Counted from the first letter of the stretch, positions 7,618 through 16,918 are shown. The stretch is 32,000 bases of DNA from Candidatus Saccharimonadota bacterium (GCA_963705375.1 OY970071.1:270001-302000), one strand, 5' to 3'. Notes: a model not told the origin generated them from the letters alone. Translations and numbers: made by a program.

Positions 7618-9618
7618 TTGAGAGTAGTACGACGTGATAATGTGGGCAATAGGCTTTTTCTTTCAATTGTAATAATGCTATTTGTCATGCTTCCTCTTGC
7701 TGCAGCGACATACGAGCCCGATGTCGCCTCGTGGACGTGTTATCAACATTTCTGCTATTCTCCGGGGGCACCATCTCTGTCGGTATCAGGCCTAGTTGCT
7801 ATAGATGGTGGGCAAAGCCTGCAGTTAACTGCGACACCTAATAATTTTACTGATGCAATGAGGGGTTTTATCTATTATTGGTATGCACCAACTGAACTTA
7901 CTGAATCTCCTAACTGCTATACGCCTGCTCTATACAATAGCACCTCTCTTTGGACGTATAGCAACACATGCACACTTATTGCAAATAGTAGCTTTTCAGG
8001 AACCGCTCAGGTTAACATAGAAGTAGAACAAGCGAGTATAACATACGCAGTTGATGGACGTATATTGCCTACTATTTTCGGTTCTGTATCTAAGTCAGTG
8101 TCAATAACTGTCAACCCTGCACTTACTGCACCAACAATCAGCACTCCGTCAATGGCGGCGATAGATGCAGGGCAGATTTCGACAATCTTGATGACCTCAC
8201 CTGCGACAGGGACGTCTCCTGCGTATCAGTGGTTAGAGGAGAAACCAAATGCGAGCGCATACATAGGCGCAGTTGACTGTGCCGCACCGACCACAATATC
8301 ATGCCGTTTCACCACACAAACCGCCGGCACATACTATTTTGAACTTGAAGCAACAGACTACGCAAGCAGCAAGATAAGCTCTCCTGTATCTGTGATTGTC
8401 AACCCTGAAGAGAACATACAAACAACTAGCATTCCGTCATCCTCGAAAAACGCTTTTGGCATAGTAAATGTGTCGCAAGGGTTCAGGACAGAGCGTGGCA
8501 GCAAGGTTGCCGGCGCAACTCCAGACACAACAGCATTTGGAATAGTCAACTCGACCGGAGGTGTCGGCGCATCTCCTTTGTTCCAGCTGAACTACACTTC
8601 AAACACGAACATAAACACCGAAAGCGGATTCAGGACAGAGCGTGGCAGCAAGGTTGCCGGCGCAACTCCAGACACAACAGCATTTGGAATAGTCAACTCG
8701 ACCGGCGGTGTCGGCGTATCTTCTTTCTTCCATCTCAACTATACTGCGTCAAAAGGGCAAACAAATAGTTCATCATACGCTTATTGCGTCTTCGCAGCGA
8801 AGATGTGCAACTATACAAAAGCAACCAGTTCACTGAACACTTACTACTGCACCTTCATAGCGAAGTTTTGCAACCACACTTACGCTAATGCAACATACCT
8901 TCCACAGAACGGGCAGTCAGTCAATCAGCAGTCCGGATTCAGGACAGAGCGTGGCAGCAAGGTTGCAAGCATAACGCCGAGCACACTGACAATCGACTTG
9001 GCGAAGACCGCTAACATGCTCAACTTCGCGATAGGCCCGTCAAACAGCACGGTCAAGTCAACAGGAGTAAGTACGATAGGTCCGTTTGGCACAGGTAAGG
9101 CAGTGACTGGATTCGCGAACCTGGCCGTATCTGCTGTGAACGCAACGCCAATACTGAGCGGCGCTTCCAAGTACACAATCAGAGGCATAAGTAACATAAC
9201 CGCGACTACGAGCGTCAGCAGTGCGACAGTGCCTGTGTTGCTGAAGAACATGACAGCGTCAGTAACGATAGAGCAGACCACTATATCACCATACGATTCA
9301 CAGATCCAACCACCCCTTGCTAATGGGACGTGTCCATCAGGATATGCTGCAGACGGTGGTGTTGCTGATTATGGCTCCAATGGTCAACTTCTCTATTGTC
9401 ATCTTATCCCAACTGCCTCTAGTGTATGTGTAACCGTCACTAATGAACCATATAATGAGATATGTAATGGGCAACCAGTATATTCTGTAACTCAAACGAC
9501 TACATCTGCCACCACAACTGTGATCCCATGGTCATATAATAACGTGACGCATGGTAACTCATGTGGTTACGTAGAAACATGTATCGGATATTCTTGTATT
9601 TTCACATACGAATGTTAA
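7618..9618 (+). CDS. Secreted, probably heavily N-glycosylated surface protein with internal 49-aa repeats and a Cys-rich C-terminus
   Basis: The signal peptide is …RLFLSIVIMLFVMLPLAAA. There are many NxS/T sequons. The SGFRTERGSKVAGATPDTTAFGIVNSTGGVG repeat occurs twice, plus a partial third copy. The start is uncertain: TTG at 7618 or GTG at 7642. Confidence 0.7.
   Translation: MRVVRRDNVGNRLFLSIVIMLFVMLPLAAATYEPDVASWTCYQHFCYSPGAPSLSVSGLVAIDGGQSLQLTATPNNFTDAMRGFIYYWYAPTELTESPNCYTPALYNSTSLWTYSNTCTLIANSSFSGTAQVNIEVEQASITYAVDGRILPTIFGSVSKSVSITVNPALTAPTISTPSMAAIDAGQISTILMTSPATGTSPAYQWLEEKPNASAYIGAVDCAAPTTISCRFTTQTAGTYYFELEATDYASSKISSPVSVIVNPEENIQTTSIPSSSKNAFGIVNVSQGFRTERGSKVAGATPDTTAFGIVNSTGGVGASPLFQLNYTSNTNINTESGFRTERGSKVAGATPDTTAFGIVNSTGGVGVSSFFHLNYTASKGQTNSSSYAYCVFAAKMCNYTKATSSLNTYYCTFIAKFCNHTYANATYLPQNGQSVNQQSGFRTERGSKVASITPSTLTIDLAKTANMLNFAIGPSNSTVKSTGVSTIGPFGTGKAVTGFANLAVSAVNATPILSGASKYTIRGISNITATTSVSSATVPVLLKNMTASVTIEQTTISPYDSQIQPPLANGTCPSGYAADGGVADYGSNGQLLYCHLIPTASSVCVTVTNEPYNEICNGQPVYSVTQTTTSATTTVIPWSYNNVTHGNSCGYVETCIGYSCIFTYEC
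8482..8705 (+). repeat. Near-perfect intragenic direct repeat (147-bp period)
   Basis: ttcaggacagagcgtggcagcaaggttgccggcgcaactccagacacaacagcatttggaatagtcaactcgaccgg is identical at 8482-8558 and 8629-8705. A partial third copy lies at 8948-8976. Confidence 0.9.
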
Positions 9619-9633
9619 CAAGAGGATGTTAGA

Positions 9634-10266
9634 ATGCTAAAGACAAACGTGTTAGTGGTCTTTCTCTTATTACTAACTAATCTGGCAAATGCTTCAACCT
9701 GCAATAACTCTGCACTATACGCATGCCAGAATCAACTTGCAAATCTGAATCAGAGCTATAACAGCTTACAAAACAGATACAACGCATTAAATGCCTCTTA
9801 TTTGAGTCTTACTAAGGAAAACCAAGAGTTAATTAAAAATCTTACCAATGTAACCTCCGAGCGAGATTTGTATAAAACATTGTATTATAATTCATCATTA
9901 AACAAATTATCGGTTGGGGATTTCTTAGCGCTCAAGAATAACATTAATTACACATATGTTCGTGTAAATCAGAGCTTAACACAAATTAAGAATAGTTTTG
10001 AAGAGAAAGTTACTCAAATAAACATGCGGATAAACAACTTTTATTTTATTGTAGTTATAGCAGTTGTTTTTGAGATAGCTGTGTTGCAGTTCAAGCTCTT
10101 AGACTTGATATTGCGAGTCAAGGTCGTCAACAAAGTACATAAGAGATATTCGAAATGGGTGAGAGAATCCAAATTTATAAAACAAGTTAGTACTTTTATT
10201 TTTGTGACTGAGACAAAAAGTGAAACCAAAAGTGACAAACATCAACAAAATGAACCCGTTCGTTAG
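9634..10266 (+). CDS. Membrane-anchored coiled-coil protein with a signal peptide and a C-proximal TM helix
   Basis: The signal peptide is MLKTNVLVVFLLLLTNLANAS. A heptad-like, Asn/Leu/Gln-rich region carries NxS/T sequons. The TM segment is FYFIVVIAVVFEIAVLQF. Confidence 0.6.
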   Translation: MLKTNVLVVFLLLLTNLANASTCNNSALYACQNQLANLNQSYNSLQNRYNALNASYLSLTKENQELIKNLTNVTSERDLYKTLYYNSSLNKLSVGDFLALKNNINYTYVRVNQSLTQIKNSFEEKVTQINMRINNFYFIVVIAVVFEIAVLQFKLLDLILRVKVVNKVHKRYSKWVRESKFIKQVSTFIFVTETKSETKSDKHQQNEPVR

Positions 10267-11269
10267 AAAGGGCATTTGCGTCTTTCTCACATCCTTTTTT
10301 GCAACTGTATTATTATTTGCTTTTGGACCGCCGATAATTCCATCAATATACAATGCAATTTGGGGTGCTAGTACAAAAGCATCTAATGCGGCTATGATTG
10401 GAAATGAAACAAATCCTGTATTAGTCGCCAAAACTTATATGAACTGGATTTCAAACGAAACATATCCTCCATACGCAACAAAACCGTATCTAAACGAAAT
10501 TGGATGGATGATTGTAAACGAAAGCAATTCTCCTAGACTTTTTATTCGCACTACGCTTGCCTCTTGGTTTATTTTTCAAAAGATTGGGAATTGTGGTGAA
10601 GACGCCTATTACTTTGCTGAAATGATGAACTATTCGGGATATCAAAGTAAGGTGCTGTTAGTGGAGGGTGGCGATCACGCATTTGCTGAATTTTACACAC
10701 ATAATGGAACAAAATTTATTGTTGATCCTTCAACTGATCAATTTGTAAATAATGCACTGGCTTTTGGTAATGGGCATATTTATTGGCCAAGAGTAGTGGC
10801 TCATGATCTATCTGGCAATGAAACAGACGTAACTAGTGAATTTTTAAGTAACACCTCTTTGCTCACGATAATACCTGTCAATAATTCAGTTCTAACAAAG
10901 TTTGTTACTGTTGACGTGGAAAGTACTTTCTTAAAGAACCATTCTCCAGAAATATACTCTGAGCCACTTTCTGTTATTAAACATTCTTTTTCTAATGATA
11001 CCCGATTCCAAGTAAGTCTTGGTTCGAATAGAGAGTATCAAATATCGACTACTGTAAACCTCTTCTTATTAACTTTTAAATTAATCCAACCACTTAATCT
11101 GACACAAAACAGAACCGTATATCTAGACATTAGCAAACTAGTTTCATTTAATGATGTTTATTACCCTAGTGCAATTATCGGTCTGTCTCTAGTAATCCTC
11201 TTAGTTTTGCTCACTTTGAGGTTAATTCCTGTTTTAACGTATAAAAACAAAAATAGAACTAGGATTTAG
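10250..11269 (+). CDS. Transglutaminase-like cysteine protease-fold membrane protein
   Basis: A Cys-His-Asp core pattern is present: GNCGEDAYYFAEMMNYSGYQSKVLLVEGGDHAFAEFY…GTKFIVDPS. There are N- and C-terminal TM helices. The ORF opens at 10220, and Met11 (10250) is the likelier start. Confidence 0.65.
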   Translation: MNPFVRKGICVFLTSFFATVLLFAFGPPIIPSIYNAIWGASTKASNAAMIGNETNPVLVAKTYMNWISNETYPPYATKPYLNEIGWMIVNESNSPRLFIRTTLASWFIFQKIGNCGEDAYYFAEMMNYSGYQSKVLLVEGGDHAFAEFYTHNGTKFIVDPSTDQFVNNALAFGNGHIYWPRVVAHDLSGNETDVTSEFLSNTSLLTIIPVNNSVLTKFVTVDVESTFLKNHSPEIYSEPLSVIKHSFSNDTRFQVSLGSNREYQISTTVNLFLLTFKLIQPLNLTQNRTVYLDISKLVSFNDVYYPSAIIGLSLVILLVLLTLRLIPVLTYKNKNRTRI

Positions 11270-11873
11270 GTTTGTCTGCCTTATAGAGTTCTCGGGTTAT
11301 CTTTTCTTCCATTTCTCCCTTGAATTTCCCAATTTCAAATGCCATTTGTGGACTAAGATGATCAATGTTCTTTAAGTATTGTTGCAGTTTTTTTGCTGTT
11401 TCTATAATTCCAGGCATATGTGGAAGATTGTATTTGTCCAACCTGCCTGCCTCTCCCCATTTTATTATAAATGCTAATACTTTTTCAATTTCAACCCTCT
11501 TTTCGGGTTTTTCAGATTCAGATTCAATAACTTTGACCTCTGTATGGTTGTGGTTTTCTTCGCTTTCTGAACTTTTCTCTCTCAGTTTCAATATTCTGGG
11601 CTTCAACACTTCGACTATTTCTGAATCCTTTACGAGCAAAAGACTGGTATGGTCTGGGGCTACGATAACGAAGGTAGAATCCTTAGTTCTATCGAGCCTT
11701 AAGGCATTGCATACCCTTTTTGGAAGGTATAGTTTGGCGGCATTGCCCTTAAAAGTCAACCTTCCTAGTTCAACCACTGTGCCTTCGTCTTCTTCAAAAC
11801 AGGTCAGCCCTCGAATATCTCGGTACATAATATCTCCAAAATAAGGAGCAGTAAGTATTACACTCTTTCTCAT
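11259..11873 (-). CDS. Hypothetical protein, possibly with an AbrB/SpoVT-like N-terminal DNA-binding domain
   Basis: GRLTFKGNAAKLYLPKRVCNALRLDRTKDSTFVIVAPDHTSLLLVKD resembles a swapped-hairpin domain. An acidic/Lys-rich linker follows. The domain call is weak. Confidence 0.45.
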   Translation of the reverse strand: MRKSVILTAPYFGDIMYRDIRGLTCFEEDEGTVVELGRLTFKGNAAKLYLPKRVCNALRLDRTKDSTFVIVAPDHTSLLLVKDSEIVEVLKPRILKLREKSSESEENHNHTEVKVIESESEKPEKRVEIEKVLAFIIKWGEAGRLDKYNLPHMPGIIETAKKLQQYLKNIDHLSPQMAFEIGKFKGEMEEKITRELYKADKPKS

Positions 11874-11920
11874 CGCTAATATTTAGGCTTCAACATAAGT
11901 TCTGATTTAATATTACCATT

Positions 11921-12529
11921 TCACCAAATTATTTTTACCTGGGCTCTATACTTTTCTTTATTCGTGTAATTTGCATAATGGGGAACTTTTAGAATTTTGA
12001 ATTCCTGTCCAAAGTTTCTTTTCAAGATGTTAAACGTATCATTACCAAACGTGATAACTATGGGATTATTAGCTCCTAAATCTTTCAATTCTTTTCGAAA
12101 GATTTCTACATTTTCTTTTTCAAATACTGGATTGGACTGCAAAAAGGCGACTACCTTAGCCGATGATTTTTGATCAAGGTCTTTGATAATATCCGTCATG
12201 TAACCGCCCCAATAAGGAGAATCTCTAAAAGCGAACCTTATTTTATAATCAGTTGCTTCAGGTCGGCTGTCATGAAAGTTTGCTAATGGAACTTTTATAG
12301 CGCCTCGCGAAATGTTTAAACCCACTAGCACAACATTAGGATTTAATTGAGAGAGCAGCACCTTATTCTTTTCTGGATCTAGAATGGTCAGGTCTCCGAC
12401 ATTGCTTTTAGGTTTCTTATTGTCTTCATCAGCCCAAATTGCCCAACTAGCATAATAGCCATACTTCTCCTTAATGAATTCGAATTTTTCTCTAGTAATG
12501 TAGGTTATGTACTTACCTCTTTTCTCCAT
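11921..12529 (-). CDS. Hypothetical protein, possibly of the uracil-DNA glycosylase superfamily fold
   Basis: VLVGLNISRG resembles the Mug-type GINPG motif. …ANFHD…, YMTDIIKD and …VPHYANY have spacing that recalls UDG motifs A and B. This is pattern recognition only. Confidence 0.5.
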   Translation of the reverse strand: MEKRGKYITYITREKFEFIKEKYGYYASWAIWADEDNKKPKSNVGDLTILDPEKNKVLLSQLNPNVVLVGLNISRGAIKVPLANFHDSRPEATDYKIRFAFRDSPYWGGYMTDIIKDLDQKSSAKVVAFLQSNPVFEKENVEIFRKELKDLGANNPIVITFGNDTFNILKRNFGQEFKILKVPHYANYTNKEKYRAQVKIIW

Positions 12530-12662
12530 ATTGCTCTTCCATAAGCCGTTTTATAGCATAAAGTATAAGTTCAGACTTGCTGTAGTCCTCCTTTACCTTG
12601 CTTTCGAGCCAGTCTAGCTGCTCTCGGCCTAGTGAGACCCTGGTTTGCTTCTTATGAGCCAA
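12513..12662 (-). CDS. Small ribbon-helix-helix (CopG/Arc-like) protein. It is below the ORF-track length cutoff.
   Basis: My own translation from TTG at 12662 reads (M)AHKKQTRVSLGREQLDWLESKVKEDYSKSELILYAIKRLMEEQYGEKR*. Its stop overlaps the start of 11921..12529 by 17 nt. Confidence 0.5.
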   Translation of the reverse strand: MAHKKQTRVSLGREQLDWLESKVKEDYSKSELILYAIKRLMEEQYGEKR

Positions 12663-12704
12663 ATCATCATCTACTGATTATGCTGATTTAACTACTTTGA
12701 ACAA

Positions 12705-13253
12705 CTACTCTTTAAGAATTTCCCAAGATATGCACCTAACGACCTGATGCTCAGGATGCACTAAGTTTTCTCTTCTTTCTTCTACTCTTGAACTTAGTGG
12801 TAACTTACAAACAGATTTAGCGATTAATTCGAACGAACTAAATAAAGGATCTAGGGATATTTTTGCCTGTTGATGTTCGTATCCAATTACAAATATTGCC
12901 TTTCTAATATTTTTTGGGTAGTTGATCAATTTGAAGGCATCTCCGATCGCTGAAATATTACCACTATACGGATGTAAGAGATTAACAGACCAGTTTTCGG
13001 CTTCTTTCCCGTTGTCACCATAGGGTCTAACAATCTTAAATTCCAATGCCCATTCATCGCCAAATGTTAAATCCGGAGTTCGTCCAGTGTGGGATGAGTA
13101 TCCTTTATCTGTTAAAAGTTCAGACAATTTTTTTATCAACTGTGGCTCACCATAGGGCCCAATTCCTGGTTTAAAAGTTTTAAAGACGGGTCTCGACAAA
13201 TCAAACTCTTTAAGTGTGTCAGCTATTAGTCTAACTAATTCATTTAGTTCCAT
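12705..13253 (-). CDS. PD-(D/E)xK-fold nuclease (restriction endonuclease-like)
   Basis: GRTPDLTFGDEWALEFKIVRP contains the PD…ExK arrangement. The gene heads a minus-strand operon with the RHH and UDG-like genes. Confidence 0.55.
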   Translation of the reverse strand: MELNELVRLIADTLKEFDLSRPVFKTFKPGIGPYGEPQLIKKLSELLTDKGYSSHTGRTPDLTFGDEWALEFKIVRPYGDNGKEAENWSVNLLHPYSGNISAIGDAFKLINYPKNIRKAIFVIGYEHQQAKISLDPLFSSFELIAKSVCKLPLSSRVEERRENLVHPEHQVVRCISWEILKE

Positions 13254-13314
13254 GATTACTTATATTCGAAGTAAGGCTTTTAAGGTTGGGTTGCAGTTGT
13301 GGTGTGGTGACTTG

Positions 13315-14016
13315 ATGGCACTAGGAAAGAACGAGGGCCAGAAGTATGAAGATATGATTTTTGAATCGCTCAAGAGGTTCGGATTTCTTTATCCCGGGAC
13401 AAGTCAAATGGGTATGGCCGGAGGTGTAGATGCCATCTTTTGCCATCACAATATGCCATATAATCTAGAAATAAAAAATGAATTAAAGGTGGATTACGGC
13501 CAGAAAAAACTCTCATGGAATAAGGAAAAAGGATGGTCTTTTTCTATAGACGACGATATAACAAGATTATATGTAAAGCACGTAAAAGTGTTAGAATTTA
13601 TTCAGAAAAAGAAAATAATTCCTCGCCGATATACAAAACCGCTGCACGAAATAACCTGCCAGGATGGCAAAGCAGATCAGAAAGCTTTCGAGGATCGCAT
13701 ACCCATCAACATTGCGGCTCTTTGGCGTTATTATTCTGAAAAGGAAGTGCATTATATTCAAATCGGCAGGGGATATGGGTTCTATCACCTCGATAAGGAT
13801 ATAGCAGAACTAGGAACACCACAATTCAACTGTGATCTGTTCTTACGACTTAGAGCAAAATATCATGATCATTATGATCGCTCTAGTGGATTTGCGAAGC
13901 CTACTCCCTGGAATTATAGTTTCTTTGCAGTACTAAAGGTAAAGAGCAAGCCAAAAAGATCAGAATTCAACCTAGAAGAAGGGAGGGGACAACGGCTTCC
14001 ACCAATCAAACCTTAA
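13315..14016 (+). CDS. Candidate type II restriction endonuclease (PD-(D/E)xK-like), partner of the adjacent methyltransferase
   Basis: GGVDAIFCHHNMPYNLEIKN shows a D…EIK pattern. The gene is convergent with the MTase, with their stops 29 nt apart. The ORF opens at 13216 but overlaps the neighbouring gene, so Met34 (13315) was chosen. Confidence 0.5.
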   Translation: MALGKNEGQKYEDMIFESLKRFGFLYPGTSQMGMAGGVDAIFCHHNMPYNLEIKNELKVDYGQKKLSWNKEKGWSFSIDDDITRLYVKHVKVLEFIQKKKIIPRRYTKPLHEITCQDGKADQKAFEDRIPINIAALWRYYSEKEVHYIQIGRGYGFYHLDKDIAELGTPQFNCDLFLRLRAKYHDHYDRSSGFAKPTPWNYSFFAVLKVKSKPKRSEFNLEEGRGQRLPPIKP

Positions 14017-14045
14017 TAGGCACAGCCTTTTGTATATAATATGTT

Positions 14046-14927
14046 CTACTTTATGTAATCCTCTAATTTGCTCGATTTTAAGCCCTTGTTTGCGTCGGGC
14101 CATATTTTTTCCAGATTCTTAGTAAATCTATAGTATCTAAGATTACTGGGTGCACTTATATCATCTGCATTCCTTATTTTTTTAACTCTATAGTTTATCA
14201 TATCTGCGTATGCGGGGTCTATCTCCACACCTATAGATTTTCGTCCGAGTTGCTTTGCAACAACTAGTGTAGTCCCTGTACCTGATGTTGGATCAAAAAC
14301 TGTATCTCCAGGCTTAGAAGAAGTTAATATTATTCTTAACAGCAGATCGATAGGTGATTGCTGTAAATGCGACCGTTTGCCTGCTTTGTCGCGTAACGGT
14401 TCATCTCCGGCCAGATAGCCCGATGTGAGTTCTCTAATATCCTCCCAGATATCAGTTACATACACCCCTTTTTCTCTAGGAATTTTCCAGTTTGCAGGCA
14501 TCGGCGGATCTATTCTCAATTTATTAAAGGTTCGCGGCTTGTCCCCTTTAGTAGCAAATGCAATTATCTGATATCCCTTTCCGTGACGTGCATTACCTGG
14601 AACTGCGGAAGTAAGTTTTTTCCAGATTATCACATTCTGCAGTTTCCACCCGGTTTCTCGTAATGCGTTTAGAACGTATTCTGTATTCTTTTCACGTTGC
14701 ATGAAATATATCGCTCCGCCATCTTTAGTGATTGTGTAGATACCACTCAATACCGCTCTAATCCAGTTCCAGTACTCTTTACTTATTTTAGCATCATCAA
14801 AATACTTGTAATCTTTATCCTGATTAAATGGCGGGTCAAAGAAAGTTAAATCCACTTCATCAGCTTTATGACTCTTGAAATAAAGTAGCACATCAGAATT
14901 TACCACGGTCGGCTCAAATATATTCAT
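14046..14927 (-). CDS. Beta-class N6-adenine/N4-cytosine DNA methyltransferase
   Basis: Motif IV (LTFFDPPFN) lies near the N-terminus and motif I (VFDPTSGTGTT) near the C-terminus. This is the permuted order typical of the N6_N4_Mtase family. Confidence 0.85.
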   Translation of the reverse strand: MNIFEPTVVNSDVLLYFKSHKADEVDLTFFDPPFNQDKDYKYFDDAKISKEYWNWIRAVLSGIYTITKDGGAIYFMQREKNTEYVLNALRETGWKLQNVIIWKKLTSAVPGNARHGKGYQIIAFATKGDKPRTFNKLRIDPPMPANWKIPREKGVYVTDIWEDIRELTSGYLAGDEPLRDKAGKRSHLQQSPIDLLLRIILTSSKPGDTVFDPTSGTGTTLVVAKQLGRKSIGVEIDPAYADMINYRVKKIRNADDISAPSNLRYYRFTKNLEKIWPDANKGLKSSKLEDYIK

Positions 14928-15097
14928 AACAACACCTCACTTTACGGTATACCTTAATTATCTTCCCTTCTTTTATATTCTTTTGCATGTACCGCAATGT
15001 TGACTTATTTATGCCTAGTCTCTTATGGGCTTTTTCACACATAATTATTACTTTATTACATAAGTATTTAAATATTACTCTATTTATTTATTACTTT

Positions 15098-15241
15098 ATG
15101 AACACACCACTATCTAGGACCACAATACTCATAGATAAGGAACTATGGAAGAAATTCAAGATCAGATCTATAGAAAGAGGAATATCTGCTTCCGAACTGC
15201 TATCTAATTTAATAAAAAAAGAACTCAGTGAAAAAAGTTGA
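15098..15241 (+). CDS. Ribbon-helix-helix protein, a possible controller of the R-M module
   Basis: The sequence is MNTPLSRTTILIDKELWKKFKIRSIERGISASELLSNLIKKELSEKS. A TATA-like TATTTAAATATT lies about 25 nt upstream. The gene is divergent from the MTase. The ORF-track start (14987) is probably too far upstream. Confidence 0.6.
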   Translation: MNTPLSRTTILIDKELWKKFKIRSIERGISASELLSNLIKKELSEKS

Positions 15242-15379
15242 AGCAAGAAAAAGCGCTTATGCTAACCAATCAAGCCAGCAGTACTCTTATGCCTCGAAGA
15301 AGCAGACTATTTGTATAGCGTTGCCATAAACGCATTTTGTGTAAATGTTTATGTAAATAAAAGTTTATATACCTGAGTA

Positions 15380-16483
15380 TCATACAGGTGTCTGACCACT
15401 CGAAGGTTTTTGTCTTGCCGCTTCTGCAAGAGACAACATTTCCCATTTCTTGTTTTTATCTTCTTCAAATTCATTCAACTTGGAAATAAAATCGGCATCA
15501 CCATATTTAAATATTCTTGCGGCTTTGATGTATCTGTCAAAAAGGTCTGTTAGATGTCCTCCTATTTTAGGAAATAATGTTTTCGTTATTGTTTTACTGG
15601 CTAGAAGTCGTTTGCCTTCACCGTGTCCTATCTTTTCTACAACTCTGTTAAATAACTTTGGATCTACTCCTGTAATTTCATAGAATTTCAGCGTAGATGA
15701 GAATCTCTTTAAATACGCTTTTAACTTTCTTCTAAATGCAGAATCTGCAAAGCGTGTTGAGAACTCGATTAAGAAATCAAGACGATATAGTTTTAGCCCC
15801 TCTATCTGTTGAATATCTTTGATTTTTTCATTTTCTGGAAGGTCAAATCTTTCTCTATTGAAATCAATCACACTATCGGAAAATATATCCTTGCCTGTTT
15901 TGATACAAGTAATAAAGCTCTGAATCATTCTTAAGGATCTAGCAAACGCGTGCCAATCTATTTCTAGAGCCAACACCGTTCTACTTTCTGACAAGTCCTT
16001 TATTGTTATTTTGTTATCCCTGAAATTCTGAGTTACTCGTCCGAAGGTATATTCTGCGATATTCTTGTCGAGGTCCGCTGGCAGATAATTTGGAGGAGTA
16101 TTCTTATCGAAGATCGAATCAGTATAGACTCCAAAATTATAGAGACCCAGTGGATCGGTTCCATGCCGGTACATTGCATGTGCCTTCCGCAGTTCTTGCA
16201 CAATGTTAGCTAGGTACCAGATGTCTTTCTTCTCTCTATTAATTGCCACTTTAGAAAGTTCCCATACCTTCTTGCCGTTTTCATCTAGTCGTTTGTGCAG
16301 TTCACCACTTTTTCTGAGCTCCTGCGAAATTTTATAGAGGCCCGATTCGCTTAATCCTGTGCCTTTTCTTAGTTCCTCCCAACTCCTACATTGTGTTTCG
16401 CCAGATGGACCAAAAAACAGACCTAGTAGTTTTCTTCTTGTTTCTGTCATCTTTTCTTTTCTGAACTCAGATACCTTTCCCAT
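15380..16483 (-). CDS. Hypothetical protein with an N-terminal winged-HTH
   Basis: RSWEELRKGTGLSESGLYKISQELRKSGELHKRLDENGKKVWELS looks like a wHTH. I recognise nothing in the rest of the protein. Confidence 0.55.
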   Translation of the reverse strand: MGKVSEFRKEKMTETRRKLLGLFFGPSGETQCRSWEELRKGTGLSESGLYKISQELRKSGELHKRLDENGKKVWELSKVAINREKKDIWYLANIVQELRKAHAMYRHGTDPLGLYNFGVYTDSIFDKNTPPNYLPADLDKNIAEYTFGRVTQNFRDNKITIKDLSESRTVLALEIDWHAFARSLRMIQSFITCIKTGKDIFSDSVIDFNRERFDLPENEKIKDIQQIEGLKLYRLDFLIEFSTRFADSAFRRKLKAYLKRFSSTLKFYEITGVDPKLFNRVVEKIGHGEGKRLLASKTITKTLFPKIGGHLTDLFDRYIKAARIFKYGDADFISKLNEFEEDKNKKWEMLSLAEAARQKPSSGQTPV

Positions 16484-16612
16484 GGAAACACAGACAGATT
16501 ATCCGAATAAGACTCTTATGTGTTTCTCTACTGAGTGGAGATTTTCAGGAAAGGCACTTTCCTAGTGGAAAATGACAGCTTCTAGTTCTGCATAGAATAT
16601 TCTGGTGTAAAT

Positions 16613-16918
16613 ATGTCTATAAAAGACAAACCAACAGAAGATACGGACGGGTTAACGTCTCACCTGAGCAGACGTAGAGAAGAGCTACTGTTGTGTCTTG
16701 ACAGCTATCTAGAGGCAATAGAAGTGAAGATAGCTTCAGGTTCACGCATAGATTTGCCAGCTGCACTAAAGAACAGAATAGAAGCAGTAGCTAGGCAAAA
16801 AGGCTGCTCGACTAACAAGGTGGCTGCTGTCATCCTTTCCAAATACCTTGACGAAGGAAAGAGGCTGCTGAGTTCGGACGAGAAGGAGGAGGAAGAAGAT
16901 GGTGCCTTCGACATATAG
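16613..16918 (+). CDS. Ribbon-helix-helix DNA-binding protein with an acidic tail
   Basis: RIDLPAALKNRIEAVARQKGCSTNKVAAVILSKYL is followed by EKEEEEDGAFDI. This is the first gene of the plus-strand core operon. Confidence 0.6.
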   Translation: MSIKDKPTEDTDGLTSHLSRRREELLLCLDSYLEAIEVKIASGSRIDLPAALKNRIEAVARQKGCSTNKVAAVILSKYLDEGKRLLSSDEKEEEEDGAFDI

